DNA from: Mojavia pulchra JT2-VF2
Lineage (GTDB): Bacteria; Cyanobacteriota; Cyanobacteriia; Cyanobacteriales; Nostocaceae
Reading direction: 5' to 3'
DNA: 64,000 nt
Assembly (NCBI GenBank): GCA_019359325.1
Contig: JAHHHN010000012.1
Location: forward strand, 5,995-69,994
Position numbers and translations under genes: made by a program. Each line of letters opens with the position of its first letter. Position 1 is the first letter of the stretch. This document shows positions 1 to 10,512 of the stretch, in pieces. Under the pieces are notes generated by a model. The model did not search any database and had not been told where the DNA came from. It was given only the letters and a program-made list of their open reading frames with translations.

Positions 1-245
1 GGAACTCGGAAGTTCGTGTTTGGAACTCGGAAGTTGGTGTTCAGAACTCGGCAGTTCGTGTTTGGAACTCGGAAGTTGGTGTTCGGAACTCGGAAGTTCG
101 TGTTTGGAACTCGGAAGTTTGTGTTCGGAACTCGGAAGTTCGTGTTTGGAACTCGGAAGTTTGTGTTCAAAACTCGGAAGTTTGTGTTCAAAACTCGGCA
201 GTTTGTTTTTGGAACTCGAAAGTTGGTGTTTGGAACTCGGAACAA
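1..245. repeat. Tandem array of a 21-bp unit (ggaactcggaagttcgtgttt), ~11.5 copies, alternating two variants (effective 42-bp period); array may continue upstream of the window
   Basis: Direct reading: units at 1,22,43,64,...,232; the two ORFs 16..267 and 20..271 are periodicity artefacts (heptapeptide repeats). Confidence 0.85.
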
Positions 246-409
246 GAACAATACACCTCTTGCATAAGTGATTTTATCGGTACGGCAGTTGCTTCAACGG
301 GGGGAAACCCCGCAATGCGCTGCCTCGTTTATCTGCGTTTATTGGCGGTTAATTATTTTTTTTGGACTTTTGCAAGAAGTCTAAACATTATCGGATATGT
401 TTGTTTAAT

Positions 410-1423
410 CTAATCCTGTTTTTTATGCCGAGACTGTAATTCCATTACCTGACGGCGTTTTTCTTCCAATTCAATTTGCAAATCCACTGGAATCCGAATT
501 CCATAGGAAGCGGCTTGTTCTTCCAAAATTGCCAATGCTCGTTTTGCTCTTGCGAGTGCAGGTGTTACTACTTCTTGATCGGTCATAATTTTAGGCGAGT
601 CTGGGGTTGAATTTGGTAGTCCTTTCCCTCCCCGCAACATGGCAATGGGGAAATCTTCCATTGCTGTATCAAAAAACGGCGTTTGTTCTTTTTGCCATAG
701 GGTTCTGGCGCTTTCTGGCACAGTTTTACCCAAATGATTGATCAAGTTTGAGAGCATGACTTTGGTATCCCCTGGTTGATTGGCGGCTCCCTGCAATGCC
801 TCAATGAGATGATAAGTGTAGAGGCTCATACTTCCATCAGGACGTATCCAGGAAACCTGATTACCCCTGGAGGAGGTAAACACCGCCCGTCCTTCGCCCT
901 GCTTTAGTGCCTCCACTACCCCCTTGGGCAATGCCGTGGCGATAAAATCAGCAGGTAGTTCGCCTTTAGAAGTCGCCATACCCTCTGCATGACAACTATC
1001 AATTACTACCCACAACCGTTTTGCCTGAATCTGCCGCAAGGCTTGAGTAAATTGTTGGGCAGATAGGGCGCTGTTAGCAATATCTGAGGATTTGAAGTCA
1101 TGTTGCAGCAAATAATAACACTGGCTTGCTAAGTCAAAGCACCCATGACCAGAGTAAAAAACTACAATTGTTGCATTGCGATCGCCAGCAGCTTTTTCCT
1201 GTAATCACGTTAATCCATCCAAAATTGCGCTGCGTGTTGTTTGCTCATTCTGTAATAAGCGAATATGTTCTGAATCATCCAAATAAGCACACAAATTTGG
1301 GTCGATTAGCACCGTCTTCAGCGCTTGCACATCTTTGACTGTGACAGGCAATGACTATTTTGGTTCGGCTGTTCTGCCAACCCCAATTAACAAGGCATAA
1401 CCGTGAGCAAAGTGGTTCGACAT
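410..1423 (-). pseudogene. Caspase-like (peptidase C14, His-Cys dyad) protein gene interrupted by two in-frame stop codons (TAG at 1357..1355, TGA at 1207..1205)
   Basis: Single reading frame from ATG 1423 gives MSNHFAHGYALLIGVGRTAEPK*SLPVTVKDVQALKTVLIDPNLCAYLDDSEHIRLLQNEQTTRSAILDGLT*LQEKAAGDRNATIVVFYSGHGCFDLAS... then track ORF 410..1111 with VVIDSCHAEG; YSGHG and DSCHAEG are the caspase His and Cys motifs. Confidence 0.6.
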
Positions 1424-1434
1424 GATGGCACAGT

Positions 1435-4400
1435 TTATCCTTCATCCTCTTCAATTACTGCACTACGATCAAGTAATAGTAAATTACGGAGTTGGTCTGT
1501 ATCTAGTTCAGTTAACCACTCTTCACCTGCGCCTACGACTTGTTCAGCTAGTTGTTTTTTACTTTCAATCATGTCGTGAATTTTTTCTTCTAATGTGCCA
1601 GTGCAGACAAATTTATGTACTTGCACATTACGGGTTTGCCCAATCCGAAATACTCGGTCTGTGGCTTGATTTTCTACTGCGGGATTCCACCATCTATCAA
1701 AATGGAAGACGTGATTTGCTCTAGTTAAATTTAACCCTACACCACCAGCTTTTAATGAAAGAATCAGAATTGGTGGCCCTTGAGGATCGTGTTGAAAACG
1801 GTCAATCATTTCCTCACGTTGTTTTTTACTAGTGCCACCATACAAAAACAAAGTTTCGCGCCCTAGCTGTTTTTCTAAATGTGGTTTGAGTAATTTGCCC
1901 CATTCAGCAAATTGGGTGAAAATTAAAGCGCGATCGCCTTCTGCCAAAGCCTCTTCTAGCATTTCATCTAAACGCTGAAGTTTAGCTGAATGATATTTGT
2001 CTAACGTCGTTTCTTTTAAATATTGGGCTGGGTGATTGCAGACTTGTTTAAGCTTGATTAGTAAAGCTAAAATCATGCCTCGTCGTTGTAGTCCAGTTGC
2101 ATTATCAATCTCAGCTAAAGACTGTTCCACCACTTTTTGATAAAGTGTAGCTTGTTCGGGAGTAAGACCACAAAATACTGTCATTTCTTGCTTATCTGGC
2201 AAGTCTTGAATAATATCACGATCTGTTTTCAGTCGCCGCAAAATAAAGGGTTGGACTAATGAGCGCAATTGGTTTAAAGAAGCTGCATCACCATACTTTT
2301 CAATCGGCATGGCAAAACGTCGTTGAAAAAATTGCCGATTACCCAAATACCCAGGATTGAGAAAATCTAAAATAGACCATAGTTCTTGCAATCTATTTTC
2401 TACTGGTGTTCCAGTCAAAGCTATACGAAATGTTGCTTCTAATTGTCGGGCTGCCTGTGACTGCTTGGCTTCAGAATTTTTGACATTCTGGGCTTCATCT
2501 AAAACTATTGCTTGCCAAGAAACACTTTGCAATGATTTGACATCTCGGTGAATTAATGAGTAACTAGTCACGACTAAATCATGCTTTTTCACTGCTTCTG
2601 TAAACGCCTTACCTTTGGGGCGTTTATCACCGTGATACTGTAAAACTTTGATTGTAGGAGCAAATTTCTTAACTTCCCGTTCCCAGTTCCCTAAAACAGA
2701 AGTTGGGCAAACTAGCAGAGTTGGTTTTTCCAATGCATCCTGTTCTTTAAGGTGTAGAAGAAAAGCGATGAACTGCACGGTTTTTCCCAGTCCCATATCG
2801 TCGGCCAGACAAGCACCCAAGCCCCAACGTTCTAGGAAAGCAAGCCAAGCCGCACCTCGCTGTTGATAAGGTCGCAACTGTCCTTGAAAATTTTTTGGTG
2901 TTGGCAAAGGCGCGATCGCCTGATTGTTTGTTAGCGCCCCAATTAACTCTTGTAATGCCCCAGATGCCTCAAAACTCACCACAGGTAATTTCTCAATTGC
3001 CTGGGTATCCCCAGTACTCAAGCGCAAAGCATCTTCTAAGGAAAGCGCCATTTGGTCTTTACGAGAGGCAAAAAAGGTTTGAGCTGTCTTAATATCTTGA
3101 GGACGTAACTCCACCCACTCGTTATTGATTTCTACCAGTGGGCTATTCAGCGCTACCAGCCGATCAAACTCAGCTTTAGAAATAGTCTGTCCGCCAATTG
3201 CCAATTTCCACTGAAAATTCAGCAAACTCTGCAATCCCAAGCGCCCTTGTTTTTTGTTTGGCGTTTCGGCAGTAATTTTTAAACCCAAACGATTTGCCCA
3301 TCCCTCACGGTTCGCCAAACTCGGAGGCAAAATCACTCCTAAACCACTATCTTCAAACCTCCAAGCAACAGACTTGATAAATTCGTATGCTTGCATGGGG
3401 TTAAGACTGCAAGATTCGGGATTTTCTGTTTCTAAGCTAGCTGCTAGTGGCGGATACAGTCGGGAAGCTAACCCCAAACCTCGTAAAAAAGTTTCTTGGG
3501 GTTGTTCGATGGTGCGATTTTGATAAGCTAATTGTTCAACTGGGTGCTGCCAAATAGTTGCTGCATCAACCAAAAACTCTGGGTCATCTGCCGCTTGCAG
3601 GTAATATGCCAATGTCCAATCTGTTTTTCCATCATCTGGAGAACGTAATTGCAAGCAGGTACGAAATAAAGCTTTATGAGTCAACTGGTACTGCAACGGC
3701 ATAGTCCAAGACTTTAGTACCGCCTGTAGCCGTTCTACTTCAATTGGATCAGCGTTGACTGTGTTAGATACGTTACTTAAAGCTTGCAACCACTGCCGCA
3801 CCGCAGATGGTAGAGATGCCATGACTCTGGTTTCAATTGGCAGTTGGGAACCAATCATTTCTCGTACTTGAGCATCTATGGTACTGTTGAGAAATTTCAA
3901 AAGTAATTCTTCAGGTGGTAAGGGTAACTCTATATATAGTGGAGATTGGGAAAATTCCTGAGTTCCTGATTCTTGCTGATAAGTGCGACAAGCCAATGGC
4001 ATTAACTGGGAAAACTTTTCCAACCTTGTACCATCGACAGCACTATCTAAAAGTACTTGCCAATTAGCAACTATCGAATCAGCAGATTGTTGAATTGTTG
4101 GTAAAAACTTACACCTTGAGATTAAATCTAAACTCCAACGGGCGACCTGCGACCAGAAACGCAAGTCTCCTCCTAAAAAACTATCCTCGTCGCTAATTGT
4201 ACTTAGAGGAAGAGAAGAAAGAAATTTTATTGCTGTGGCAGGATTGAGATAAAAACCCTCGACTCGCCAAGGGTGAAGATATGGTGATGAGTCTGTTGGT
4301 AGTGAAGATTTTAATTGCGTCTCTACAGCGGCAGAATGTATTGGAAAAATCGCTGTTGTGCCTTGTTGCTCGCTATTTGAGATATCAGTAGGTAGAGCAA

Positions 4401-4707
4401 TTATTTGGGAGTGTGTTGGTATTACTTCTCTAACACTTGTATTTGAGCGTGTTGGCTTAGTTTCTCCTTTCGAGGTTCGCCTAGCACCTAAAGCCACTTG
4501 GGGTTGCTCGATTAAATTGGCAATTTTAATGTTCCGCGATCGCAACCACTCACTCAATTCTATTGATGTCATTGCCAATGGATGTAATTGTATATCTCCA
4601 GAAGCACTAGAATCAAAGTTATCTCTTGACGAACGCCAAGTTTCTCCCCAAATGAATAAACAACTATCTTGATTTTTTTGTAACCAAATACCGTGTAAAA
4701 TTGCCAT
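1435..4707 (-). CDS. SNF2-family helicase/ATPase (SNF2 N-terminal + helicase C domains) with ~550 aa N-terminal extension
   Basis: Motifs DEAQNVKN, LTGTPVENRLQELWSILDFLNPGYL, DLGLGKT (Walker A like), helicase C motifs FTQF...GGVGLNLT..HVFHFDRWWNP. Confidence 0.85.
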   Translation of the reverse strand: MAILHGIWLQKNQDSCLFIWGETWRSSRDNFDSSASGDIQLHPLAMTSIELSEWLRSRNIKIANLIEQPQVALGARRTSKGETKPTRSNTSVREVIPTHSQIIALPTDISNSEQQGTTAIFPIHSAAVETQLKSSLPTDSSPYLHPWRVEGFYLNPATAIKFLSSLPLSTISDEDSFLGGDLRFWSQVARWSLDLISRCKFLPTIQQSADSIVANWQVLLDSAVDGTRLEKFSQLMPLACRTYQQESGTQEFSQSPLYIELPLPPEELLLKFLNSTIDAQVREMIGSQLPIETRVMASLPSAVRQWLQALSNVSNTVNADPIEVERLQAVLKSWTMPLQYQLTHKALFRTCLQLRSPDDGKTDWTLAYYLQAADDPEFLVDAATIWQHPVEQLAYQNRTIEQPQETFLRGLGLASRLYPPLAASLETENPESCSLNPMQAYEFIKSVAWRFEDSGLGVILPPSLANREGWANRLGLKITAETPNKKQGRLGLQSLLNFQWKLAIGGQTISKAEFDRLVALNSPLVEINNEWVELRPQDIKTAQTFFASRKDQMALSLEDALRLSTGDTQAIEKLPVVSFEASGALQELIGALTNNQAIAPLPTPKNFQGQLRPYQQRGAAWLAFLERWGLGACLADDMGLGKTVQFIAFLLHLKEQDALEKPTLLVCPTSVLGNWEREVKKFAPTIKVLQYHGDKRPKGKAFTEAVKKHDLVVTSYSLIHRDVKSLQSVSWQAIVLDEAQNVKNSEAKQSQAARQLEATFRIALTGTPVENRLQELWSILDFLNPGYLGNRQFFQRRFAMPIEKYGDAASLNQLRSLVQPFILRRLKTDRDIIQDLPDKQEMTVFCGLTPEQATLYQKVVEQSLAEIDNATGLQRRGMILALLIKLKQVCNHPAQYLKETTLDKYHSAKLQRLDEMLEEALAEGDRALIFTQFAEWGKLLKPHLEKQLGRETLFLYGGTSKKQREEMIDRFQHDPQGPPILILSLKAGGVGLNLTRANHVFHFDRWWNPAVENQATDRVFRIGQTRNVQVHKFVCTGTLEEKIHDMIESKKQLAEQVVGAGEEWLTELDTDQLRNLLLLDRSAVIEEDEG

Positions 4708-4837
4708 TTTTCAACTATTTATATATTTGCCAAGATGAAGTATTAATCAGTAAAGCTATAAATTCACTTTTGATGCCATTTGCTAATTGTCAACATTTGA
4801 TATAGCCAAATTTCTTATATAATAAATATCTTGACTA

Positions 4838-5410
4838 ATGAAGTGTTCTAAAAAAATATTAATCATGAAATTGCCTCTTCATGAAGTTATAAAAAATGAC
4901 ATTGTAGTAGAACTAGATTATATACATCCTCAAGAGCAGGAGTTAGTTAGAGCATTACTAAATCTAGTAATTATTGAAGGTAGAACTTATCCTCACGAGC
5001 AACCTCTATCTCAAGCAGAATTTGCGGCTTACTGGTTGAGTCATGATGCCTTTGTTGTTAGGAAAATTGAACCAGGCACTACACAAAGATCCAAAGAAGT
5101 GTTAGGGGCATTTTACTTGAAACCAAACTTTCCCGGTCGGTGTAGCCATATTTGTAACGCTGGTTTTATTGTACAACCACAGCTGCGAGGTCAGGGCATA
5201 GGCAAATTTATGGGAGAAGCTATGCTTTTAATAGCAGCTAGCCTTGGCTACGAGGCGGTAATGTTTAATTTGGTCTTTGAAACTAATATACCTTCAATTA
5301 CACTGTGGCAAAAATTAGGATTTGAGACGATTGGGCGCATTCCGCAAGCAGTCAAGCTAGCAGATGGGCAGATGATAGACGCCCTAACAATGTATCGTGC
5401 TTTGCGTTGA
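4838..5410 (+). CDS. GNAT family N-acetyltransferase
   Basis: Acetyl-CoA binding motif QLRGQGIGKFM, size 190 aa. Confidence 0.6.
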   Translation: MKCSKKILIMKLPLHEVIKNDIVVELDYIHPQEQELVRALLNLVIIEGRTYPHEQPLSQAEFAAYWLSHDAFVVRKIEPGTTQRSKEVLGAFYLKPNFPGRCSHICNAGFIVQPQLRGQGIGKFMGEAMLLIAASLGYEAVMFNLVFETNIPSITLWQKLGFETIGRIPQAVKLADGQMIDALTMYRALR

Positions 5411-5511
5411 CAAAGTTGTTTATCTTTGTATGTAGCCCAAGCCAGCCATAGTGCATAAATGTTAGGATTGCCACAGAGAGAGAATAGCGAAAGAGAAGGA
5501 AAAAAAACTGA

Positions 5512-7668
5512 ATGACAGAAGTTGATAAGTCAATATCCTTCGACGGACGGGATATTCGACTGAAGGTTGGCCTACTGGCTCCCCAGGCTGGTGGGTCGGT
5601 TTTGATACAATCAGGGGATACAGCTGTTTTGGTGACGGCTACGCGATCGCAAGCCAGAGAAGGCATTGATTTTCTTCCCCTCACAGTAGATTACGAAGAA
5701 AGATTGTATGCCGCGGGTAGGATTCCTGGAGGAATCATGCGGCGTGAAGGTCGTCCACCAGAAAAAACAATTCTCACCAGCCGTTTGATAGACCGTCCCC
5801 TGCGTCCGCTGTTCCCTTCATGGTTGCGGGATGACTTACAAGTTATTGCCCTAACACTGTCGATGGATGAGCAAGTACCACCCGATGTACTGGCGGTTAC
5901 TGGTGCTTCTATTGCTACCCTGATTGCCCAGATTCCGTTTAACGGCCCAATGGCAGCAGTACGGGTAGGCTTAGTAGGTGATGATTTTGTGATTAATCCT
6001 ACCTACGCAGAAATTGAAGCTGGAGATTTGGATCTGGTAGTAGCAGGTTCACCAGAAGGCGTAATCATGGTAGAGGCGGGAGCCAATCAGTTGCCAGAAC
6101 GAGATATTATCGAAGCGATTGATTTTGGCTATGAAGCAGTAAGGGACTTAATCAAGGCACAACAAGATTTAGTCGCAGAACTAGGTCTAGAAATTGTGAA
6201 AGAAGTGCCCCCAGAGGTAGATTCTACTTTAGAAAACTTTATCCGCGATCGCGCTAGCGATGAGATTAAAAGAATCCTGGCGCAATTTGAATTAGCGAAG
6301 CCAGAACGCGATGCCGCTTTGGATGTTGTTAAAGAAAACATTGCCGCTGCGATCGCTGAACTTCCTGAAGAAGACCCTATCCGTGTTGCTGCAACCGCAA
6401 ATAGCAAGGCACTTGGTAATACTTTTAAAGACATTACCAAACACTTCATGCGCCGTCAAATTATCGAAGACAACGTTCGCGTTGATGGTCGCAAACTAGA
6501 TGAAGTGCGCCCCGTTTCTTGCCTAGTTAGTGTCTTACCTCAAAGAGTTCATGGCAGCGGCTTATTTAACCGGGGACTAACCCAGGTATTATCTGCCTGT
6601 ACCCTTGGTACTCCTGGAGATGCCCAAAACCTCAACGATGACCTGCAAACAGACCAATCTAAACGCTACTTACATCATTACAACTTCCCGCCCTTCTCAG
6701 TTGGCGAAACTAAGCCGATGCGCGCCCCAGGTAGACGTGAAATCGGTCACGGGGCACTAGCAGAACGAGCACTGTTACCTGTGCTACCACCTAAAGAACA
6801 ATTTCCTTACGTAATTCGCGTTGTATCGGAAGTACTTTCTTCCAACGGTTCCACTTCAATGGGTTCAGTATGCGGTTCCACCCTTGCCTTAATGGATGCT
6901 GGTGTGCCAATTCTCAAGCCTGTTAGTGGTGCAGCCATGGGTCTGATTAAAGAAGGCGAAGAAGTGCGCGTCCTAACTGACATTCAGGGAATTGAAGACT
7001 TTCTGGGCGACATGGACTTTAAAGTAGCCGGTACAGATACCGGGATTACTGCCTTGCAAATGGACATGAAAATCTCTGGTTTGTCCTTAGATATCATTGC
7101 CCAAGCCATCCACCAAGCCAAATCAGCTCGTTTGCACATTTTGGACAAAATGCTCCAAACCATCGAGCAACCGCGCACAGAAACCTCACCATACGCCCCA
7201 CGTCTGTTGACTATTAAGATTGATCCAGACATGATCGGTCTGGTCATTGGGCCTGGAGGCAAGACAATTAAGGGCATCACCGAGGAAACAGGTGCAAAAG
7301 TTGACATCGAAGATGATGGCACCGTAACGATTTCCGCTGTAGATGAGAGCAAGGCGAAAAAAGCCCGTAATATCATCCAAGGTATGACCCGCAAGCTCCA
7401 TGAAGGGGATGTCTATGTCGGTCGCGTGACTCGAATTATACCCATAGGCGCGTTTGTAGAGTTTCTGCCTGGCAAAGAAGGCATGATCCATATTTCTCAA
7501 CTAGCTGACTACCGGGTTGGCAAAGTTGAGGATGAAGTAGCAGTTGGCGATGAAGTGATTATCAAAGTCCGTGAGATTGACAATAAAGGCCGGATTAATC
7601 TCACACGCTTAGGTATCCATCCTGATCAAGCAGCTGCGGCGCGAGAAGCAGCAGCAGTAAATCGGTAA
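5512..7668 (+). CDS. pnp: Polynucleotide phosphorylase / polyribonucleotide nucleotidyltransferase
   Basis: 718 aa; two RNase PH domains, KH ([11 protein letters not shown]) and S1 ([20 protein letters not shown]) domains; classic PNPase N-terminus. Confidence 0.95.
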   Translation: MTEVDKSISFDGRDIRLKVGLLAPQAGGSVLIQSGDTAVLVTATRSQAREGIDFLPLTVDYEERLYAAGRIPGGIMRREGRPPEKTILTSRLIDRPLRPLFPSWLRDDLQVIALTLSMDEQVPPDVLAVTGASIATLIAQIPFNGPMAAVRVGLVGDDFVINPTYAEIEAGDLDLVVAGSPEGVIMVEAGANQLPERDIIEAIDFGYEAVRDLIKAQQDLVAELGLEIVKEVPPEVDSTLENFIRDRASDEIKRILAQFELAKPERDAALDVVKENIAAAIAELPEEDPIRVAATANSKALGNTFKDITKHFMRRQIIEDNVRVDGRKLDEVRPVSCLVSVLPQRVHGSGLFNRGLTQVLSACTLGTPGDAQNLNDDLQTDQSKRYLHHYNFPPFSVGETKPMRAPGRREIGHGALAERALLPVLPPKEQFPYVIRVVSEVLSSNGSTSMGSVCGSTLALMDAGVPILKPVSGAAMGLIKEGEEVRVLTDIQGIEDFLGDMDFKVAGTDTGITALQMDMKISGLSLDIIAQAIHQAKSARLHILDKMLQTIEQPRTETSPYAPRLLTIKIDPDMIGLVIGPGGKTIKGITEETGAKVDIEDDGTVTISAVDESKAKKARNIIQGMTRKLHEGDVYVGRVTRIIPIGAFVEFLPGKEGMIHISQLADYRVGKVEDEVAVGDEVIIKVREIDNKGRINLTRLGIHPDQAAAAREAAAVNR

Positions 7669-7702
7669 ATCGATTTAGGATTTTAGATGTTATCTAAAAT
7701 CC

Positions 7703-7727
7703 GCGATGCCTAAGAAAAAGGCATCGC
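7703..7727 (+). terminator. Rho-independent terminator hairpin downstream of pnp (GCGATGCC-loop-GGCATCGC then T-rich); preceded by a second small hairpin tttagat-gtt-atctaaa
   Basis: Perfect 8-bp stem with 9-nt loop read directly, 35 bp after the pnp stop. Confidence 0.6.
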
Positions 7728-7728
7728 T

Positions 7729-7837
7729 GTATGCTTCTTTAATCAGTTGGCAAGATTATTAGAACTTGGTAATAATTTGCCCATTCGATATCACAAATTC
7801 GTATGCTTCTTTAATCAGTTGGCAAAATTATTAGAAC
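7729..7837. repeat. Two direct copies of a 37-bp sequence (gtatgcttctttaatcagttggcaaRattattagaac) at 7729-7765 and 7801-7837
   Basis: Direct reading; single mismatch between copies. Confidence 0.8.
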
Positions 7838-8263
7838 AGCCGAAAGACTAAAGTTGCGACTAAAAGAACAAAGCCTGCTTTTGCAGGCTTGATAAATTAG
7901 ATAATTTTCCAATCAGAAATTAGGGATTTTTGTTGATGGTGGGTGGTTTGATGACGAATGTAATTAGCTATCTGCATACATCATCTCTAACCGCATCGCC
8001 ATCTGAAAAATTCATGAGGTTTAATTTTATCATGAATCATCAAATGGAGTGTCCACCATATCCGAGTTTTGGTGGGTATAGCCATAATTAAGTGCATTTT
8101 AAAAATCAAATAGTAGTCGGAAGCAGAAACGGGCAAATAAACAGAATTATGCCATCAAACGTAAGGGCTACTAAAACCCTCTCTATTTCTGCTTTCTGCT
8201 TGGACTTAACAATAAATATTTACACCAACCTATTTATACCAGTAGAAAGTCTAAGGTTAAAAA

Positions 8264-8899
8264 ATGATTCAACCCTTACGCAAACTACTAACATTTGAAG
8301 AATTCGCCCACTGGAAACCTGACGGTGAACGCTATGAGCTGCATGATGGAGTAATTGTTAAAATGCCACAACCGTTGGGAGGTCATGAAGAGGTTACAGG
8401 ATTTTTATCTATAGCACTGAGTGTGCAATGCTATCAATCAGGTCTTCCCTATATCATACCTAAAACCGCACTAGTCAAGCCTCCCGAAAATGAATCAGCT
8501 TACTCGCCAGATGTGCTAATAATCAACCAAGCTAATCTTATTAATGAGCCATTTTGGAAAAAAGAATCGACGGTAATTTACGGTACATCAATTCCTCTAG
8601 TGGTTGAAGTTGTCAGTAATAATTGGCGGGATGACTATCACACCAAAGTTGGTAAATATGAAGAAATAGGTATACCTGAATATTGGATTGTAGATTATCT
8701 TGCGCTTGGCGCTCGTAAGTTTATCGGCAATCCCAAACAACCTAGTATCTCTATTTATTTTTTAGTTGAGGATGAATACCAAGTTACTCAATTTAGGGGT
8801 ACAGATCGTATTCAATCACCAACTTTTCCAGAGTTGAATTTAACTGCTCAACAAATATTTCAAGCTGGGAGTAGTCGCACTGCCTCGTCTACTCCGTAG
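8264..8899 (+). CDS. Uma2-family (DUF820) putative PD-(D/E)XK endonuclease
   Basis: N-terminus ...LTFEEFAHWKPDGERYELHDGVIVKMP... and EYWIVD motif typical of the cyanobacterial Uma2 family; paralog at 33227..33874. Confidence 0.65.
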   Translation: MIQPLRKLLTFEEFAHWKPDGERYELHDGVIVKMPQPLGGHEEVTGFLSIALSVQCYQSGLPYIIPKTALVKPPENESAYSPDVLIINQANLINEPFWKKESTVIYGTSIPLVVEVVSNNWRDDYHTKVGKYEEIGIPEYWIVDYLALGARKFIGNPKQPSISIYFLVEDEYQVTQFRGTDRIQSPTFPELNLTAQQIFQAGSSRTASSTP

Positions 8900-9484
8900 T
8901 CAACGTCACTCTAAAAAAGATAGGGTATTCGATTTTTTCTACGTTGTAGCGACTTCAGTCGTTGAGCTTAGACTTAATATAAATTAATTGTTTATTTCAC
9001 GAATAAAGGTCAGCTTCCAGCTTTTTCAAGATTGTTTTATGACTCATATTCTTGGGGTTGGATGTTTAATTGTGTCATAACTTTTAACCTACTTAAAGAG
9101 CTTGGTAACAATACTGCTACTCAACTATCGCTGCTTCTACAAGTGGCTAACAACCGAACAAAGACTCATAACAAAATTGCGAAATTCAGAATCAATAGGG
9201 AAAAACACTCTTGTTGTTCTAGTCTAAATTCCCCTAGTCTGTGGAAGCTAACTGAGTACACTTCACCGTAAAAAGGTTTGGAAATATCAAGGGTTTACTT
9301 CGTTCTACCCAACCTACGATTGATTAAATTCCATACCCTTTTTGTGGTTGACCATACTTAGTCTGTGTCGCTGCGACTTCAGCCGTTTGGCTTAACCTAC
9401 AAATACTCACTTTGTCAGTTTCTAGATTTAAGCTATGTTTGGTAATAAATGAATTAGCCTACGCGGTTAGCTTTTATTCCAAAC

Positions 9485-9763
9485 TTGTTATACAGCATTG
9501 TGAGTGCTAAACGTCTGCCAGAAACCATCGCCCGTGTCAGGATTACCCGCCAATCTTGGCAACACGGCCTTCTTGAGGGCGAAGTGAGTGCGGGTGAATA
9601 TGAGTGGCAGTTCCAATGGCATTTTAGCCGGGGAGAACTGTCTGTGAAGCCTTCCCAAGGTCGCGCCTTAATTAAAGAACCCCTAGGTCGCTTCTTGGAA
9701 AAACAAGATTATCAATTAGAGCCAGGAGGAGACTATGCCTTTACTATTCGAGCTGAACTTTAA
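9485..9763 (+). CDS. Hypothetical protein (92 aa)
   Basis: ORF only; no recognisable motif. Confidence 0.3.
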   Translation: MLYSIVSAKRLPETIARVRITRQSWQHGLLEGEVSAGEYEWQFQWHFSRGELSVKPSQGRALIKEPLGRFLEKQDYQLEPGGDYAFTIRAEL

Positions 9764-9844
9764 TGATTAATTATTTGCCATTTGTCAGTAGAAGCTAACA
9801 AATAGAGATAGTTAGCAAATTATTGCTGACATCAAATTCAGCAA

Positions 9845-10312
9845 TCAAGATTCAGAACTTATACCAGCTAGGCGACTTAAATATCTTTCAATTAAAAGAA
9901 TGGCAACAATGTCATCTATTGGTCGTGGTGGTTGCCGCATGCCCTGTGGTAATAATTTTGTTAGTCCTTTAGGAGGATGCATCTGCCAATAGCGATCGCG
10001 TGCTTCTAAGCTAGTGTAGCGCTCATCCACTAAAACAATATTCAGCGGCTCTGCTAATTCTTGCCGTAGTTGCTTTTTCCACTGCTTGGCGGTAGTTTGA
10101 TCGCCCATTACCATCAAGGAAATAGGAAACTTCTGACGTAGCTTTTCAATCGTAGCGATCGCCTCGCTTGCAGATACAACTTGATGATAATGCAGTTGCC
10201 GATCCAGTCCTAATACCGCTAAACCACACTTATCACGACCGGGATCAAAGCCTAAAATGACTGGTTGTGTCGGTGAGAATTCACGGAGAGTCATAAGTAA
10301 TTCACAATTCAC
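9845..10312 (-). CDS. RuvC/YqgF-like Holliday junction resolvase-fold protein
   Basis: N-terminal ILGFDPGRDKCGLAVL resembles the RNase H-like catalytic start of RuvC/YqgF; 155 aa. Confidence 0.45.
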   Translation of the reverse strand: MNCELLMTLREFSPTQPVILGFDPGRDKCGLAVLGLDRQLHYHQVVSASEAIATIEKLRQKFPISLMVMGDQTTAKQWKKQLRQELAEPLNIVLVDERYTSLEARDRYWQMHPPKGLTKLLPQGMRQPPRPIDDIVAILLIERYLSRLAGISSES

Positions 10313-10512
10313 AATTCAAAATGTAACAACGAATTTCTTATTCAGCTTTCTGGCAATTTATCATCTCCAAGTTATATTTATTTTGAATCCAAAGTTTTTA
10401 TCAAAAAGCTGTTAACTTAATTTCAAACAAAACTACGTATTTAAAGTTGCTATGAAATGATATTAGATAATCAGAAGCTCATTAAACCCTGCTAATATAT
10501 GTTGGTTGTTTT

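Noticed and set aside
16-271. ORFs 16..267 and 20..271 (83 aa each)
   Set aside because: Both are produced by the 21-bp tandem repeat (7-codon periodicity), on overlapping frames, with no start context; treated as repeat DNA
1126-1338. ORF 1126..1338 (+, 70 aa)
   Set aside because: Lies antisense to the caspase-like reading frame, which has clear catalytic motifs; spurious
1422-1724. ORF 1422..1724 (+) and other short antisense ORFs inside the SNF2 helicase, pnp, membrane-protein, tnsAB and atpD genes
   Set aside because: Fully embedded antisense to long, motif-supported genes
9032-9271. ORF 9032..9271 (79 aa)
   Set aside because: No motif, poor codon usage relative to neighbours
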